A stretch of DNA of 63,825 nucleotides, filler included, from Octopus bimaculoides (lineage: Eukaryota): assembly GCF_001194135.2 (NCBI RefSeq). It is 8 parts of 5 records of this genome, joined end to end, with 100 filler letters (N's around TTAATTAATTAA, not from the genome) between each part and the next. Parts side by side here need not be neighbours in the genome. Positions count along the whole stretch, not along the records: positions 35,306 to 38,953 come from NC_069001.1; positions 39,054 to 45,396 come from NC_069010.1; positions 45,497 to 55,930 come from NC_069001.1; 5 more parts are not named here. The stretch is one strand, 5' to 3'. Below are positions 36,321-48,175 of the stretch, piece after piece. How positions within the stretch are numbered: the first letter of the stretch is position 1; each line of letters starts with the position of its first letter. A program made the position numbers and the translations under genes. A model generated the notes under the pieces. The model was not told the origin of the DNA. It searched no databases and saw only the letters and a list, made by a program, of their open reading frames with translations.

Positions 36321-36584
36321 ATACCTATATGTGTATATATATATATGTTGTCTGGTCATTTCTGCTGNNNNNNNNNNAAGATATATAAATTTTATCTTAC
36401 TAAAATTGACTTGAAACCATGGTACAGAATGTAGATTGGTAAAAGTTTTTATTTTTCATTTCCTTTCGAAATTATCCCTAATTTTTGTGGTATATAGTCT
36501 TTTGCTGCTATTTCTAGCGAGTAGATGTCCTATTATAGGCATCTCTGCATTTTAAAAGATATATATATATATATATATATATAT

Positions 36585-36811
36585 GGGGGGGACAATCACA
36601 AACACAAAGATGCACACATAAATATATACATATATATATATACATATACGACGGGTTTCTTGCAGTTTCCGTCAACCAAATCTACTCGCAAGGCTTTGGT
36701 CGGCTCGAAGCTATAGCAGAAGATACTGCCCAAGATGCCACGCAGAAGGACTGAATCCGGAACTATATAAATGGAAGGCAAGATGCTTACCACATAGCTA
36801 CGCCTGCGCCT
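36585..36811 (-). mobile_element. SINE family A (head to internal microsatellite)
   Basis: cgacgggtttcttgcagtttccgtcaaccaaatctactcgcaaggctttggtcggc...cttaccacatagctacgcctgcgcct. Confidence 0.85.
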
Positions 36812-37214
36812 ATATAAGTAAAGAAATGGCATACTGGAAATGTAATCCTAAAATCCTTTAAAATGATCGGATGAAGAAGGCTGGGTGGTCTTAGATTATA
36901 GATCTTCTCAATTAGGATTTGCTAGGAGTTACATAACATGGAAAAAGGTGAAAAGGGGCCAACTGCGAAATGTAAACACCCAGTCCAATTATCCAATGAA
37001 AACAGTAGCCAACCATCTGAAATGAGGGGCTGCTGAAACGGGGTTGAACACATTAGATAATGTTCTCATGAAGGGGAAGGTCACAATTGGAACGCCTTTA
37101 ATCTCAAGTATGATCAATAAGGAAGGTATTGCACCATACAACAACAACAATACATAATATGATGAGCACAATGTTCCAACAAGACCATATCATATGATAT
37201 TGATTTAAAATGTT

Positions 37215-37415
37215 GGGACATGGACAGAAATTTTGTGGGGCGGGTATGTCGATTACATTGGTCCCAGTACTCAACTGGTACTTATTTTATCGACCCAGAA
37301 AGGATAAAAGGTAAAGTCGGCCTCAGCGAAATTTGAACTCAGAGCGTAAAGACGAACGAGACGCCGCTAAGCATTTCGCCCGGCGTGCTAACGACTCTAC
37401 CAGCTTGCCAACTTC
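37215..37415 (-). mobile_element. SINE family B
   Basis: aactggtacttattttatcgacccagaaaggataaaaggtaaagtcgg...tttgaactcagagcgt...ctaagcatttcgcccggcgtgctaacg. Confidence 0.88.
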
Positions 37416-37749
37416 ACCGTGTTATATGATATTCCAAACACGACCAATTAATATGATATTCCTCAAAACTACTCGGGGCCTATGACTCTCCGTTTGGTGC
37501 CTCTGTCTCGTATATATGTGTCTGTTATGTATGTGCGCGTGTAACATAACACACACACACACACACACACATACACACACATACACGCGCGTACACATAA
37601 AAACCTATTGTTTTACACATTTCCTGTACATGCGTAGGCGTCTTTACATATCTGCGTACATTTCATCCTGCTCTCTTCCGTGTCACACAAACACACTGCT
37701 CTGAGAGTGTGACTGTCGTACATTTATGAATAAACGAATGAATGCACAT

Positions 37750-38953
37750 GCATGCGCGCATACACATACGTACATTCACACACATATATATATATATATT
37801 CACACACATATATATACATTCACACACACACATATACATTCACACACACACACACACATATATACTTTCGCACATATATACATTCACACGCATATATACA
37901 TTCACGCATATATACATTCACGCATATATACATTCACGCATATATACATNNNNNNNNNNNNNNNNNNNNNNNNNNNNNNNNNNNNNNNNNNNNNNNNNNN
38001 NNNNNNNNNNNNNNNNNNNNNNNNNNNNNNNNNNNNNNNNNNNNNNNNNNNNNNNNNNNNNNNNNNNNNNNNNNNNNNNNNNNNNNNNNNNNNNNNNNNN
38101 NNNNNNNNNNNNNNNNNNNNNNNNNNNNNNNNNNNNNNNNNNNNNNNNNNNNNNNNNNNNNNNNNNNNNNNNNNNNNNNNNNNNNNNNNNNNNNNNNNNN
38201 NNNNNNNNNNNNNNNNNNNNNNNNNNNNNNNNNNNNNNNNNNNNNNNNNNNNNNNNNNNNNNNNNNNNNNNNNNNNNNNNNNNNNNNNNNNNNNNNNNNN
38301 NNNNNNNNNNNNNNNNNNNNNNNNNNNNNNNNNNNNNNNNNNNNNNNNNNNNNNNNNNNNNNNNNNNNNNNNNNNNNNNNNNNNNNNNNNNNNNNNNNNN
38401 NNNNNNNNNNNNNNNNNNNNNNNNNNNNNNNNNNNNNNNNNNNNNNNNNNNNNNNNNNNNNNNNNNNNNNNNNNNNNNNATACATTCACACATATATATA
38501 CTTTCACACATACATTCACACATATATATACTTTCACACATACATTCACACATATATATACTTTCACACATACATTCACACATATATATACTTTCACACA
38601 TACATTCACACATATATACTTTCACACATATACATTCACACACATATATACTTTCACACATATATACATTCACACATATATACATACTTTCACACATATA
38701 TACATTCAAACACACACACACGCACGCACACACACATATATACATTCACACATATACATTCACACATATATACATTCACATACACACATATATATATATA
38801 TATATACATTCACACACACACACACACACATATATACATTCACACACACGCACACATATATACATTCACACATATACATTCACACATATATACATTCACA
38901 TACACACATATATATATATATATATACATTCACACACACACACACACACATAT
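37750..38953. repeat. Complex CA/TA low-complexity array with 30-bp tandem unit (TACATTCACACATATATATACTTTCACACA, ~4 copies at 38480-38600) and a ~120-bp direct duplication; interrupted by gap
   Basis: Direct reading. Confidence 0.85.
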
Positions 38954-39053
38954 NNNNNNNNNNNNNNNNNNNNNNNNNNNNNNNNNNNNNNNNNNNNTTA
39001 ATTAATTAANNNNNNNNNNNNNNNNNNNNNNNNNNNNNNNNNNNNNNNNNNNN

Positions 39054-39165
39054 TGGGCTTCTTTCAGTTTCTGTCTACCAAATCCACTCACAAGGCTTTG
39101 GTTGCCTCAAGGCTATAGGAGAAGACTAAAGGTGCCACGCAGTGGGACTGAACCCGGAACCATTC
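39054..39165 (-). mobile_element. SINE family A body
   Basis: gggcttctttcagtttctgtctaccaaatccactcacaaggctttgg...ggtgccacgcagtgggactgaacccggaacc. Confidence 0.88.
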
Positions 39166-39473
39166 ACTCATCGCTCCAAACAATCTTTGTTGGAAAGTGT
39201 GTATATCTTCTTCTGATTTTGCTCAGTTCCACTTGGAAAACTCCGTTCTTCTGTCCAGATCACTTTCATCGAGAGCATGGACAATTCTTGTAATGTAACT
39301 TGTCCAATTAGAGCGATTCAAAATGCAATGGATGCTTGATTTCAAAATTGATGATCTCACAACTCATTTGCCATGTAAAGTTTCTTGGACACTAGCAAAA
39401 CATTTCAAGTACCTTATGTGTATTGTGAGGCTTGTCAATGCTTATCATCCTCTGGAATGTTTCAAGATTGTCT

Positions 39474-39790
39474 TTAACCCTTTTGTGACCACATTTGTAC
39501 TACAGAACCAGAGGTGGTTTCAACCAGGTTGGTATCAAAAGGATTAAAAATATGGTGACTTTAACCCTTTTGTTAGCATATTTCTGTTGAGATGCTCTGT
39601 GTTTCTTTCAATTAATTTTAAATATAACAAAGAATTTAGTAAAATAACTTAGTTATCATTAAGCTAGTGTTAGGAACATCAATTGTGACTAAGGTTTGGT
39701 GGAAGATTTTAATTCAGAACTTATGAAAACAAGACATTTGTACTACAGAACCAGAGGTGGTTTCAACCAGGTTGGTATCAAAAGGATTAA
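39474..39790. mobile_element. TTAA-flanked (piggyBac-type) MITEs: mini copy 39478-39543 and ~220-bp copy 39565-39786
   Basis: TTAA|CCCTTTTG... left ends; ...GGTATCAAAAGGA|TTAA right ends. Confidence 0.8.
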
Positions 39791-40644
39791 AAATATGGTG
39801 ACTNNNNNNNNNNNNNNNNNNNNNNNNNNNNNNNNNNNNNNNNNNNNNNNNNNNNNNNNNNNNNNNNNNNNNNNNNNNNNNNNNNNNNNNNNNNNNNNNN
39901 NNNNNNNNNNNNNNNNNNNNNNNNNNNNNNNNNNNNNNNNNNNNNNNNNNNNNNNNNNNNNNNNNNNNNNNNNNNNNNNNNNNNNNNNNNNNNNNNNNNN
40001 NNNNNNNNNNNNNNNNNNNNNNNNNNNNNNNNNNNNNNNNNNNNNNNNNNNNNNNNNNNNNNNNNNNNNNNNNNNNNNNNNNNNNNNNNNNNNNNNNNNN
40101 NNNNNNNNNNNNNNNNNNNNNNNNNNNNNNNNNNNNNNNNNNNNNNNNNNNNNNNNNNNNNNNNNNNNNNNNNNNNNNNNNNNNNNNNNNNNNNNNNNNN
40201 NNNNNNNNNNNNNNNNNNNNNNNNNNNNNNNNNNNNNNNNNNNNNNNNNNNNNNNNNNNNNNNNNNNNNNNNNNNNNNNNNNNNNNNNNNNNNNNNNNNN
40301 NNNNNNNNNNNNNNNNNNNNNNNNNNNNNNNNNNNNNNNNNNNNNNNNNNNNNNNNNNNNNNNNNNNNNNNNNNNNNNNNNNNNNNNNNNNNNNNNNNNN
40401 NNNNNNNNNNNNNNNNNNNNNNNNNNNNNNNNNNNNNNNNNNNNNNNNNNNNNNNNNNNNNNNNNNNNNNNNNNNNNNNNNNNNNNNNNNNNNNNNNNNN
40501 NNNNNNNNNNNNNNNNNNNNNNNNNNNNNNNNNNNNNNNNNNNNNNNNNNNNNNNNNNNNNNNNNNNNNNNNNNNNNNNNNNNNNNNNNNNNNNNNNNNN
40601 NNNNNNNNNNNNNNNNNNNNNNNNNNATATATATATATATACAT

Positions 40645-40810
40645 GTATGTTTGTGTGTCTGTTCGTCGCTTGACAACCGATGCTGGTATATTTGCATCCC
40701 CCGTAACTTAACAGTTCAGCAAAAAATAAGTCCTGGGGTTGATTTGCTCGAATAAAGGCAGTGCCGCAGCATGGCCGCAGCCAAATGACTGGAATAAGTA
40801 AAAGAAATAA
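40645..40810 (+). mobile_element. SINE family A tail
   Basis: cgcttgacaaccgatgctgg...cccgtaacttaacagttcagc...gtcctggggttgatttgctcga...gcatggccgcagccaaatgact. Confidence 0.85.
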
Positions 40811-41110
40811 AGGAAAAATGACACAAGGTCTGATCAAAATATATCACGGCTGCTTCTCTGGTAATGGTGCTAAAACAAGCAGAGAGAAGCCACTTGGCAC
40901 AAAATGATCCTGATCTGTGTTGCACATGCACACTAAGTTATGGTATTCTTGCTCACTTGCATTGTTTATAGCAGTGCTTAGAAGTAAAGTGTGTAGAGTC
41001 TGGTCGTCTCTCCACACCACAAAAGTTCCATCAGTGGCCATAGCAGAGAAAAATATGTGTGGGGGGGTGTGGAACGAGACACAGTCTGAAGGTTATTATG
41101 GGGTGGAATT

Positions 41111-41300
41111 TTTCCAAAAATTAAATCCCACTTGAAAGGAATAAGATTTCAAGATGCTGAGGAAATCCAAGATAAAGTGATAAGGCAGCTGCTCGCAATC
41201 TCAAAAAGAAAGGAGTTCCAGGAATGCTTCCGTCAATAGAAATGCCACTGGATTAAAGCATGTGGCTTCTGAAAGAGATTATCTTGGAGAAGATTAAATA
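41111..41300 (+). mobile_element. mariner transposase C-terminal relic
   Basis: FPKIKSHLKGIRFQDAEEIQ...EFQECFRQ*KCHW, then shifted KHVASERDYLGED*. Confidence 0.8.
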
Positions 41301-41339
41301 CTGGATTGATATGTGTTGCAGTTTTCTTTTTATAGAACC

Positions 41340-41462
41340 ACGGTGGTTTGGGGTTTAGTCCCATTGTGTGTCACCTTGGGCAAGTCTCTTCTACTATATT
41401 CTTGGGCCAACCAAAGCCTTGTGAGTAGATTTGGTCAGTGGAAATTGAAAGAAACCTGCCAT
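41340..41462 (+). mobile_element. SINE family A head/body
   Basis: gggtttagtccc...gtcaccttgggcaagtctcttctactat...ccaaagccttgtgagtagatttgg. Confidence 0.8.
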
Positions 41463-41466
41463 GTTT

Positions 41467-42095
41467 CATCATCATCATCATCGTTTAACGTCCGTTTCCC
41501 ATGCTGGCATGGGTTGGATGGTTCGACTGGGGTCTGGGAAGCCAGGAGGCTGCACTAGGCTCCAATCTGATCTGGCAGTGTTTCTACAGCTGGATGCCCT
41601 TCCTAATGCCAACCACTCCGAGAGTGTAGTGGGTGCTTTTATACATGCCACTGGCACAGGGGCCAGAGGGGGCTGGCAACGACCATGATTGGTTGGTGCT
41701 TTTCACGTGCCACCAGCCACGTTCAGATGGTGCTTTTTACATGCCACCGGCATGGGGATCACAACTGCAATTTCCATTCGATTTCGGTTTTGATGTACTT
41801 GACTCAATAGATCTCCTCAAGCGCAGCATGTTGCCCTACGATCCAAGGTACTTTTGAGTGGGCTGGTTATGCAACACTGGTGTAGGTTACAGCTGTGGAC
41901 TCACTTTATTTGCCGGGTCTTCTCAGTCACAGCATACCTCCAGAGGTTTCTGTCTTTCGCCATTGCCCCTGTGAGGCCCAACGTTTGAAGGTCATACTTG
42001 ACCACCTCATCCCATGTCTTCCTAGGTCTCCCTCTACCCCGGATTCCTTCCACTGTTTGGGAGTGGCACTTCTTGACACAGATCGCCTCATCCAT
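41467..42095 (-). mobile_element. RTE-clade LINE 3' end (ORF C-terminus + 3' UTR + (GAT)n tail)
   Basis: VEGIRGRGRPRKTWDEVVKYDLQTLGLTGAMAKDRNLWRYAV is a typical RTE C-terminus; the UTR equals the family C tail. Confidence 0.9.
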
Positions 42096-42446
42096 ATATA
42101 TATTGATGTGTGTGTGTATGTGTGTGTGTGTGTGTGTTGAAGTGTTTGTTTACATCCTTGTAACTTAACAGTTCAACAAAAAAAGACTGATGGAATATGT
42201 ACTAGGCTTTAATAAAAAATATATAAGTACTGGGGTCGATTCATTTGACTAAAATTTTTTCAAGGCAGAGCCCCAAATAAAAGATGGATGATAAAAGACT
42301 ACATTACCATCACCTCCACCATACTGCACCCCACCGTATGACCATCCCCATATGGCTACCCCTCCATATGCATCTCCTTATATGCCACCCCCACACCCAC
42401 TATATGGCCACATCACTAATCCTTCTCTCTATTTTCATCTTTTCAG

Positions 42447-42527
42447 GAAGTTGGCAACAGAATCAAGGAATACAGCATTCCACAGAATTCTCTTCATTAT
42501 CGTAAACGAATTGTTTCCAAGTGGGAG
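42447..42527 (+). CDS. Candidate 81-nt phase-0 internal exon (EVGNRIKEYSIPQNSLHYRKRIVSKWE) of unidentified gene
   Basis: Long polypyrimidine tract ctctattttcatcttttcag, GAG|GTAAGG donor, open frame, non-repetitive sequence. Confidence 0.55.
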
Positions 42528-43059
42528 GTAAGGGCCTGCATCCATCTCTCTGTCATTGTCCTCTCTCTCTCTCTCTCTGTCTTTGTCTCTCTCTCACTCT
42601 GCCTTTGTGTGTGTGTGTGTGTGCCTAGATAGATAGGCACTTAGTTAATATGGGAAGACAAGTACATACACAAAAGATACACACTACAGGGACACATATG
42701 TAGACACACATACATACATATATACACATGCACACTGATGCACACACGTGCAGAAACAAGCAAAAAGAATGCAGCTCCAATAACGGACAGAGTCAAAGAC
42801 TATTGAAGAGGCTGCAATAAACAATGAAAATTTCAGTAAAGAAAAAAGTAAATGAGTGGAAATCGAACCGGTGAGTGTGTTAATTAATAAGGCATTAAAA
42901 CAGAATGACTCTCCCAGACACAATAAAAATATGCTTCAACACACGAATTCCCATAAAGAATCTTGCAAACCAAATACAAGAAGGAAACATATATAAATAT
43001 GTATATATCATCCCTGTCATGTATTGTACACCTACACTTGATTAATGATATTATAACGA

Positions 43060-43520
43060 GAGTTTTGCTGGTTAAAAGTTCTTCACCTACTTTGCCAACA
43101 CTTGTTCAACCAGCCGGCATTCTTACCTACTTTTCAATCTCCTCCCCCTCTACCCTTCCAAACGTCTGCTTCTTTGAATACAGCCATAACAGATGAGCTT
43201 TTTTTTGTTTTTCACAATGTTCAGGAATTGTTGTCTTTCACCTACTTGTTGTAACACCCATTCATTCATCATAAGAGACTAGTAACATTCTCCTAGAAAC
43301 CCACATTTCACTACACACTGCGTATGTTCTCTTCAAATTTGTTCACAGTCCATGCTTCACATAAATGCCTACTGACCAAACGAGCGCTCACACTAATATT
43401 GTTTTTAATTTAGTTGGGACACTTTTGCTGGTCCATATGTTATTAAGCCATCCCATGGAGCTTTTTGCCGCATCCTGATAGCTTTCTGTCCAGGCTAATG
43501 AGAGCTGCTTCTTGACCATG
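43060..43520 (-). mobile_element. RTE-clade LINE fragment (post-RT region), degraded, different subfamily
   Basis: AKSSMGWLNNIWTSKSVPTKLKTILV*ALVWSVGIY..EAWT, EMWVSRRMLLVS, NEWVLQQVG..QFLNIVKNKK. Confidence 0.8.
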
Positions 43521-43794
43521 GAACAGGTAGAGTTCCATATATATATGCGAGGGAAACTGAAAGAAGCTGGTAGAGAAAAAGGAGGCGTTGGGGGGGAATG
43601 CAGTGGACTGGGGGACGCTATGAATTTATTATAATATTATTATAGTATTGTATACAAATTATATAATATTATATTAAATATCAAATGAGTCATAGTACAT
43701 ATAAATTAGTAAAATATAAAATATTTATTTATACATAAAAATAGAGGTGGGGGCACTCAAGGTATTATGTANNNNNNNNNNGGGGGCACTCAAG

Positions 43795-43841
43795 GTATTA
43801 TGTAGCCATGAGGGGGGCAGTGGCCCAAAATGTTTGAGAAC

Positions 43842-43847
<6 letters not shown>
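43795..43847. mobile_element. Possible hAT (Charlie-like) MITE terminus
   Basis: Ends ...aaaatgtttgagaacctctg (reverse CAGAGGTTCTCAAAC); the partner end was not identified. Confidence 0.4.
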
Positions 43848-43899
<52 letters not shown>

Positions 43900-43913
<14 letters not shown>

Positions 43914-44085
43914 AGAGGCTTCCACAGAGTCTCTCATTACAACAAGCACATTCAATTCACAGCGTTATTTGGCCAGATGGTAAACAAGAAGGCACGTACC
44001 CAAAATGGTGCATAGCAGGACCTGACACCGAAGCTAGGTGGGTGGAAACTGAACTTCTCACCTACACAACAGCGTCTCTTGGGTG
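43900..44085 (-). mobile_element. SINE family A, strongly degraded
   Basis: gaggcttccacagagtctc...attcaattcacagcg...acccaaaatggtgcatagcaggacctgacacc...ttctcacctacacaacagc. Confidence 0.45.
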
Positions 44086-44394
44086 CACTCAATTCTTTAT
44101 AATAACAATGTAAACTTGGTGTACTGCAAGCAAAACACATATAAGTTTACTGGTTCATCATCACAGCTTCTACCTGATTAAAATTGCAAATGTAATTAGC
44201 ATCAAGTGTTTCATCAGCATATATTATACTTCGCTGAGAAACTTGTCACCTTTAGTTCAGAACATATGGTTCATCTGGTTCTCTGTCTTACTCACATACA
44301 AACACACACACCCATATATGTATATATGCACACATGTAAATATACACATATATACCCACACATATATACATATGTAAATATACTCTGTGTGTGT

Positions 44395-44437
<43 letters not shown>

Positions 44438-44573
44438 CACATAAATATATTGTGTGTATATATATATACATATATATATATATATGTGTGTGAATATATA
44501 AATCGACACATACATTTATACTTATACACACACACACATATATATGTACATATATAATATATGCATACATATA

Positions 44574-44822
44574 TATTAGGTCATCCCATAAATAATGCTG
44601 TTTTTCAATTGTATGAACTAAAAGTCGGAGGGAGATGGGATAAACGACCTGCATCAACTTGCTATAAAAGCAGGTAGTAATTTTACCTTAATCTTATTCT
44701 TAGTGCAAGCTTTGAAAAGTGCAGTTCAATTTCAATACTTATCTATAATGGAAATGACAAAAGAGCATATTAAGTATATTGTGCTTTATGAGTTCAATAA
44801 AGGCAACAACACAACGGAAAGT
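44574..44822 (+). mobile_element. mariner 5' end (Hsmar1/cecropia-like TIR and transposase start)
   Basis: TATTAGGTCATCCCATAAATAATGCTGTTTT, then ATG at 44748: MEMTKEHIKYIVLYEFNKGNNTTES. Confidence 0.75.
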
Positions 44823-45185
44823 GTGTTTACGTCTCTGTCTATCACCTTAACTTCTTGGAGATTTTAGGTATAATTATACTAATGTGTCCATCTGTTCTAA
44901 TTCAATTAAATTCTATGTCTTTGTGCAGCTGAGGATTGCTCTGCATTTTGAATTGATGTAATGATTGCATTGTTCAATTAAATGGAGTGGCATGAAATGA
45001 TCATACTGCATTACCTCTGGATATCCTGGTTATTTTGATTTTAATCACATTACTTTGAAATTGTATGGATGATACTGTACTAAATTCTGGTGCCTCAACT
45101 TTACTACCATATTCATCTGAATCTCTCTATATATATATGTATGTATGTATGTATGTATATATTTATATATTGACTTTATTTTCAG

Positions 45186-45248
45186 GCATTAAATTATGAC
45201 ACGTGGGAGAATGAAATTTCCATGGCAGAAAGTGAAGCTAAGTCGAAG
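45186..45248 (+). CDS. Candidate 63-nt phase-0 internal exon (ALNYDTWENEISMAESEAKSK)
   Basis: tgactttattttcag acceptor, AAG|GTAACA donor, open frame, phase compatible with 42447-42527. Confidence 0.5.
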
Positions 45249-45496
45249 GTAACATTAATTTTCATGTCATTTTAGTTGTTGCTACGAATTTATGTGGTGT
45301 TGGTGTTGTTGTGATGGTGGTGGGAGCGGTGGCGGTAGCAGTTGTAAAGGACATGCTCTAGCATGGCTGCAGTCAAATGACTGAAACGAATAAAAGNNNN
45401 NNNNNNNNNNNNNNNNNNNNNNNNNNNNNNNNNNNNNNNNTTAATTAATTAANNNNNNNNNNNNNNNNNNNNNNNNNNNNNNNNNNNNNNNNNNNN

Positions 45497-45543
<47 letters not shown>

Positions 45544-45741
45544 CATATATATGTAATATATGTAACGATATTGAATATGGAAACGGTACTCTTTCTCGCT
45601 GATAAAATCACAACACAGGTTTGAATATAGACCGGCTGTGATACCCTTCTTTTTCTCTTCCCCAAACTCTTTTATATAAACCAACTCTCTCTCTATAACA
45701 TACTTTGTTGTAGATATAGATAGACTGACATATATAGATAA

Positions 45742-45962
45742 ACGAGGGGGTGCTGAAAAGTTCTCGGCTTTAAGGGTGTCGCGAAAGGCCTGGTTGGGGT
45801 CCCAACCTTCCAAGTTCTTTTACAGAGCTTAGAAAAACTGAAGGAACTCTGCAATAGGTGTGAGACTCTGAGAGGGAATTATGTTGAATAAAATCATAAT
45901 TAACTGACCCTCCTGTATTTTCTTTTGCCCAAAGCCATAAACCATTTCATTATCCCCTCTTA
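45742..45962 (+). mobile_element. mariner-derived MITE (internal deletion derivative)
   Basis: Left acgagggggtgctgaaaagttctcggcttt; right aaagccataaaccatttcattatcccctctta; internal LEKLKELCNRCETLRGNYVE*. Confidence 0.78.
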
Positions 45963-47029
45963 TTCTGTAGTATATAATAACATTCCCGCTTTTTTTCTTC
46001 TTCTTTTCAAAAGACGACAGGATGTGATTTCAGAGTGATTTAACTGCTGTTTCTTGCAATTTATACAAGCCTGAATGGAGTCGCATATCAGTTCGCCTCT
46101 TCTTCTTGGTTACTTGTACACCTTTCTACTCTCAGTCAGAAATGGTGGAGATAACGTTCTTTCTTTCCTCTCCGATTCCTGCCTTTAGTTAAATATTTAT
46201 TTTCTTCTCGCAGACATCTTAGAATTCTAAAAGTGCACTTCCAAAGTTCTTAGAATTTCCTTTCCATTGAAATAAACCAATTCTTTGTAGCTTTGACGGC
46301 TGAAATGTCACCATCATTTCATCTTGTCGCAGTTTTTAATTCCGAACGAGGGGTTTTAATCCGGATATTTTGTTTAAGCCGGATTAACACGGAACGCCAG
46401 CACTTTTACAAAGTTTAGAGTTGTTAGTGTTATTGTTGTTCTTCAGCGACTGGTCAGTTCCAATTGAAGGGACCTATGTCGAAAGATGTTCTAGCCGTGC
46501 CCCTTCCGTTGATTTGTACATCTGAGACTACATTAGCCAATGTATATTTTACGTGTTGTTCTTCAACGACTAGTCAACTCCGATGGGGGGGGGGGTAAAC
46601 ACACACACACACACACACANNNNNNNNNNNNNNNNNNNNNNNNNNNNNNNNNNNNNNNNNNNNNNNNNNNNNNNNNNNNNNNNNNNNNNNNNNNNNNNNN
46701 NNNNNNNNNNNNNNNNNNNNNNNNNNNNNNNNNNNNNNNNNNNNNNNNNNNNNNNNNNNNNNNNNNNNNNNNNNNNNNNNNNNNNNNNNNNNNNNNNNNN
46801 NNNNNNNNNNNNNNNNNNNNNNNNNNNNNNNNNNNNNNNNNNNNNNNNNNNNNNNNNNNNNNNNNNNNNNNNNNNNNNNNNNNNNNNNNNNNNNNNNNNN
46901 NNNNNNNNNNNNNNNNNNNNNNNNNNNNNNNNNNNNNNNNNNNNNNNNNNNNNNNNNNNNNNNNNNNNNNNNNNNNNNNNNNNNNNNNNNNNNNNNNNNN
47001 NNNNNNNNNNNNNNNTATATATATATATG

Positions 47030-47063
<34 letters not shown>

Positions 47064-47149
47064 CATTCAGCAACGATAGTAGTTGAATGATATTCTTAAG
47101 GCCGCAATTTACTTACACGCAGCACCTTTCAGAGCTTGTTGCTAATTCA

Positions 47150-48175
47150 GTTCTTAACCAAATATAAAACCGTTAACAATTTTGAAGAGGACTGGATCCT
47201 AGTTACATTTTGGCATAAAAACAAGTATAGTAAAGGAATCATGTACCTTAAATATTGAGAGACAGGGTGATGAGTTACAGAAAATTTTGCACTCTACAGC
47301 TGTATCTACTCTGACACATGATCTCCTGTGTAGCTCATGCCACCCGAAACACATCAAAAGAAACATGCCCTTTAATTTAGCAAAAGGGATTTGCACAATA
47401 GTGTCTGATGGAAATACACGGGGCCTCCGTCTTCAAGACCTCAGAACAACACTAACCTAAAGACAAACCCACCTTCACTTATAGACAATAGTATTAAGCG
47501 TGCTAAGAAATTAGGCATTAAAACACTAAGATCACAAAATGTAACACCACACATCATCTGAAAACACTACCGTATATACCAACTCTTAACCCTAGAAACA
47601 ATGAGGCATAGAACACTATTGTACAAAATCTACCAATGCTCACTAGGGATCCAAAAAATGAATAACATTCTGAAAACACATGAATTGATCAAATGCAAAA
47701 AGCAACACAAATCGCTGATAAGACTTCTAACAAATACGAAGCTTTACACAACAACCACGAAACCAACGGTTAAAAATGTGAACGCCCAAACTGTTGAACA
47801 TGCCCCAACCTACTGGAAGGCTCGGAATTCCCATTCAATCAAAGAGAGAGGTTCACATTTAAAACTAACTTCACTTGTGATTCCGAGAATCTAATTTATG
47901 TTATAACTTGTTCAGGTTGTGGACATAATTATATGCGACAGACAAGTATGACACTGAGACAGAGAACCACACTACATAAGGAACAGAACCGGTTCCCGCA
48001 GGAAAGACATATTCCTTTGAGTGAACACATAGAGAGATGTGCAGGTAATATCCAACCAAACTTCACTGTTTTCTCCATATACCAGTGCAAAGAAGCAATT
48101 TCTGTACAAGAACGTTTAAATAAAGAAAATTTATTCATCGAAAAAGACAGAACACGTTTAAATATGAAAGCATGA
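47150..48175 (+). mobile_element. Penelope-like element, RT C-terminal region + Cys-rich linker + GIY-YIG endonuclease, frameshifted
   Basis: SCHPKHIKRNMPFNLAKGICTIVSD, CERPNC*TCPNL, FTCDSENLIYVITCSGCGHNY..QTSMTLRQRTTLHKEQ, IPLSEHIE.CA. Confidence 0.9.

Noticed and set aside
43747-43803. Direct repeat gggggcactcaaggtattatgta on both sides of a 10-N gap
   Set aside because: Typical unmerged contig overlap.
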